Assembly: GCA_044222475.1 (NCBI GenBank)
Contig: JBGANF010000074.1
Span: forward strand, 1-39,549
Origin: Polyangiaceae bacterium
Lineage (GTDB): Bacteria > Myxococcota_A > Polyangia > Polyangiales > Polyangiaceae
Length of the DNA stretch: 39,549 nt
Direction: 5' to 3'
Shown piece after piece: positions 36,582 through 39,549 of this stretch. The number at the start of each line of letters is the position of its first letter. The first letter of the stretch is position 1. The notes beneath the pieces are model-generated. The model worked only from the letters and a program-made list of their open reading frames with translations, was not told the origin of the DNA and did not search any database. Both the position numbers and the translations under genes were made by a program.

Positions 36582-37171
36582 CAGAACACGCGGGCGTCGA
36601 CCTTGATGGTGTCACCGGCCTGGAGCGCGATGTCCGGTTGTTCGCCGTCGGTGATCGCGTCGACGCTGATGACGACGGTGACGCTCTTCCCTGGTCCGGT
36701 CTGCCTCGTGAGGATCACGTGCTTGCTGTCCGCAATCGAGGTGAACCCGCCCGACTGCGAGACCACGTCGACGAGCTTGATCCCGTCGGTCCACGGCACG
36801 CTGCCCGGCTTGTTCACCTGACCGATGATGCTGACCTTCTTGCTCGCGTACGATTTGACGATCAGCGACAGCTGGGGATCGACGAGGAACTTCCCTTCGA
36901 CGAGGCGCTTCTTGAGGTGGTCGGCGAGCTCTTGCGGTTCGAGACCCGACGCGGGGAGCCGTCCGCCGTAGGGGAAGTCGAGCGTGCCGTCGCCGGCGAT
37001 CCGGAACTCCTTCGGGAGCTTCTCCTCCCCGACCACGATGATCTCGAGCACGTCGCCAGGGCCCAACGTGGTGCTGAGGACGGGCGCAGGGAGATTGCGC
37101 GGCGGCGGCGGGCTCCCCGAGCACGCGACGAGCGCGAGGGCTAGGAAGAGGGCGTGGCGCAGGCGCGTCAT
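36581..37171 (-). CDS. Short OPX/Wza-type polysaccharide export lipoprotein (Poly_export + one SLBB, no C-terminal OM helix)
   Basis: Lipobox LVA-C; LGPGDVL, DGTLDFPYGG, VSIIGQVNKPG and LQAGDTI; ends at 196 aa. Confidence 0.9.
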   Translation of the reverse strand: MTRLRHALFLALALVACSGSPPPPRNLPAPVLSTTLGPGDVLEIIVVGEEKLPKEFRIAGDGTLDFPYGGRLPASGLEPQELADHLKKRLVEGKFLVDPQLSLIVKSYASKKVSIIGQVNKPGSVPWTDGIKLVDVVSQSGGFTSIADSKHVILTRQTGPGKSVTVVISVDAITDGEQPDIALQAGDTIKVDARVF

Positions 37172-37239
37172 GGCTCGCACCGATGAATGGTTGCGCGGCG
37201 ACCGCGCACGTTCAAGCTGTCTCTCACGCACCCGAGCGA

Positions 37240-38643
37240 TCACATGAACCAGCGGAAGCCGAGGTACGCCTCGACCCGCCGGAAGTTCATGTCGTAGACG
37301 AAGCCGGTGCCGGCCGGGAGCTGCTGGCTGCTGATCTCGTCGTGGTACGCGACAGAGAGGTTCAACCCGAGGGTGTTGGTGAAGCGGTACTCGCCGAACA
37401 AGCTCGCGTCGATCGCGATGTTGGTGAACGGCGAGGCGATCAGCGCAACCGAGCCGCCGTTGTTCGAGAACAGGTTCGGGTACTCCATCGCGCCCGCCCC
37501 GGCTTCGATCCCGAGGAGCGCACGCCCGCCGAAGAAGTACTGGAACTTCGCGTAGCCGCGATCGCTCCCGTAGTACGACCCGAGGAAGCTCGTCGCGAAG
37601 TCACGGTTGTAGCCGACGGCGATCGACGAGATCGCGAGCGTCGTCGCCTGCTCGGCGCTGGGGTTCGCGGTGAGGAAGAACTTCAGCTCGAGCTGACCGA
37701 TGACGCTGTTGTACTGCTGAATCAGCGGGCTCGCGGTCGTGTCCTGGAAGCTTCCGCCATAGCCGACCATCGCGAGCAAGGCGAAGCGCGGAGTGATGAG
37801 GCCCGAGAGCCCGAGGCGCGCACGCAGCGGCGTCGAGTTGAAGAGGGCGTTGAAGGAACGATCCTTCTGCGTCCACGTGCGGAACGCGAATCCGCCGTCC
37901 ATGATGACCGCGGTCTTCGGGCGGAACTTCCAGCTGCCACGCGTGTAGATCGTGTGGCTGATGCTGTTGAACGGCGAGTTCGTCGGCGTGTCGAGGAGCT
38001 CGGCGCCGAGGGCGTAGCCGAGGCTCCACGAGAGCGTTCCGGATCCCGGAGTCACCGTCGCGTCGGCCTTGAGACCGAGGTTGTTACGGTTGAACGATGC
38101 GTCCGGGTTGCCGCTCGTGTTCGGGTTGACGGAGCGGCCGTAGTTGGCGCCGATGCCGAAGCTGAAGGGACGCTGCGGGAGCACGTCGACGCGTGCGTCC
38201 AAGTTGCCCGAGAGACCGTTGATGCCGTTCTGGTCGACGACCTCGGCGCCGACGAAGGCGCGGTACGTCGCCGAGATGCCGGCGCGGAAGTTGACCTTCG
38301 GCGGCTCGACCGGACCCGTGTCGCTCTCTTTGCGCTGAGCGGTGAGGGTCGAGATGTAGAGCGACGGGGTGATGCGGAGGATGCCGCCGGGACGGATCGG
38401 TGCGTTCGGCGCCGCGTTGACGACGTTCGCGCCGTCCTTGTAGCTCCGACGGAACCAGTTCGAGTCGAACCCGACCTCGGCGCCGACGCCGGGGTGGAGC
38501 TCGAGATCGCCCACTCGAATGCCCGCGCCCTCCGCGTACTTGCGATCGGCCAACCACGCCTGCGCGTGCGCCGCCTTGGTGACGAACAAGGGGGCAGCGA
38601 CGAGGAAAGCTGAGGTGAGAAGAGTTAGTTTTCTACGTAGCAT
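37240..38643 (-). CDS. Outer-membrane beta-barrel partner of the OPX (EpsX/Wzp-like)
   Basis: Signal peptide AHA-Q; GIRVGDLELHPG...GFDSN; amphipathic strands; C-terminal YLGFRWFM; directly upstream of the short OPX. Confidence 0.82.
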   Translation of the reverse strand: MLRRKLTLLTSAFLVAAPLFVTKAAHAQAWLADRKYAEGAGIRVGDLELHPGVGAEVGFDSNWFRRSYKDGANVVNAAPNAPIRPGGILRITPSLYISTLTAQRKESDTGPVEPPKVNFRAGISATYRAFVGAEVVDQNGINGLSGNLDARVDVLPQRPFSFGIGANYGRSVNPNTSGNPDASFNRNNLGLKADATVTPGSGTLSWSLGYALGAELLDTPTNSPFNSISHTIYTRGSWKFRPKTAVIMDGGFAFRTWTQKDRSFNALFNSTPLRARLGLSGLITPRFALLAMVGYGGSFQDTTASPLIQQYNSVIGQLELKFFLTANPSAEQATTLAISSIAVGYNRDFATSFLGSYYGSDRGYAKFQYFFGGRALLGIEAGAGAMEYPNLFSNNGGSVALIASPFTNIAIDASLFGEYRFTNTLGLNLSVAYHDEISSQQLPAGTGFVYDMNFRRVEAYLGFRWFM

Positions 38644-38700
38644 TCGTGCCTGCGGGAGCTGGGCGAATGGCCTCGGGAAAAGGTCGTATAGCCCCTTACA

Positions 38701-39259
38701 CTACCGGGAGCAGGACACGCAAGAGGGGGGTAGGGAAACCAGGCCCGGATCGAAGGGCGTGATCACCGAATCGGGATCGTCCGGCAGCGTCGGATCGATG
38801 GTGGCCGTGATCTTCGAGTCGCCGATGAGCACGGCTTCCTCGCCGATGCACTGGTTGGCCTCGGCCGACAGCTGCTCGGTGCGCTGCCATCTCGGCGTCC
38901 TTGCGACCCGCGGCGAGCTGCAACGACTGCCGTCGATCCTTCGCTGAGCGAATTGCCACGTCGATCTGCGAGAGCTTGTCGTTCAAGCAAAGCGTCTTCA
39001 CGACGTCGCGCGATGCGCGCGCCTGCTCGAGCTGCTTGCGCACGGTCGTCGCAGATTGCTCCATGCGACCGATCTGCGCGTCCGCCTCGACGACCTGCTG
39101 CTCGGGGGTCAGCTGCTGTCGCTTCTGGAAGCCGACGGTCCCTTGACCATCACCAGCCGGCGGCGGCGTGTTCCCCGTCTGCGCGGCGGCGGAGCCTGCG
39201 AGCGCAGCCGCACCGACGAGCGCAATGACGCTGATCCACTTGAGTTTCGAACGAAGCAT
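38701..39259 (-). pseudogene. Secreted coiled-coil protein, frameshifted near 38887
   Basis: Frame 1 reads MLRSKLK...KTLCLNDKLSQID...KDAEM. A shifted frame continues with host-like codons, QRTEQLSAEANQCIGEEAVLIGDSKITATIDP...CVSCSR*, to TAG at 38701. The span is 559 nt (3n+1). Confidence 0.75.
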
Positions 39260-39309
39260 CCAGCAGGTCCCTCCCCAAAACGGGTCGTACGGACGAAAAC
39301 GGTTTGAGC

Positions 39310-39338
39310 ACTCTAGCGACCGCATCTCGGAGTGTCAA
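39310..39338 (-). promoter_or_regulatory. Sigma70-type promoter for the polysaccharide export operon
   Basis: Minus strand TTGACA-17nt-TAGAGT, ~50 nt upstream of ATG 39259, with a GGAGG RBS. Confidence 0.72.
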
Positions 39339-39469
39339 CGTACGACGACAGAGAGAAATTCTCTGAAAAGTCGCACGATTGGCGTGGTTCGAGCCAAGAT
39401 GTTGGGCTGCCTGAATACGTTCGATGCGGGCGCGCCCCCTCCCATTCATCGTCTGGTTGATTGGGCTAG

Positions 39470-39508
39470 AAAAAAAGACGAGCCGCGCAGGAGACCCTGC
39501 GCGGCTCG
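39470..39508 (-). terminator. Rho-independent terminator
   Basis: 13-bp perfect stem CGAGCCGCGCAGG/CCTGCGCGGCTCG with a 4-nt loop, then TC and T7 on the minus strand. Confidence 0.88.
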
Positions 39509-39530
39509 ATCGTCCCATGCAGTCGGGGCG

Positions 39531-39549
39531 TTACTGCTTCACGAACGTG
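39531..39549 (-). CDS. Probable 3' end of a gene entering from beyond the window
   Basis: Reads ...TFVKQ-TAA just upstream of the terminator. Confidence 0.4.

Overview
High-GC chromosomal window whose gene content suggests Myxococcota, probably Polyangiales (inferred). It is densely coding, with about 37 genes. From left to right: a lipoprotein, a fused ketosynthase/chain-length-factor gene and an aryl-polyene-type ACP; a crotonase; a beta-propeller lipoprotein; a QEGLA/DUF1704 metallopeptidase; lipid-handling genes; and moxR. Next is a ~2.35 kb accessory island with an unknown gene and an Rpn/YhgA nuclease carrying an internal antitoxin-like start. Two inverted copies of a structured REP/CIR-like element, with a compensatory base-pair change, bound this island. 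Then come rluD (no canonical start), a cytochrome P460-like lipoprotein, a DAG kinase, a FAAL, a large Asp-box lipoprotein and a Fur/PerR-rubrerythrin-FeS oxidoreductase-DUF3501-thioesterase operon with a clear operator and promoter. A long minus-strand run follows (methyltransferase, mazG, NTT-HEAT-cNMP protein, rlmN, three envelope proteins, lgt, Zn-type oxidoreductase). The window ends with an AI-2E transporter, asparaginase and a short-OPX plus beta-barrel polysaccharide export pair headed by a frameshifted secreted protein. No rRNA, tRNA or CRISPR array was seen. All family calls come from motif recognition, not database searches.
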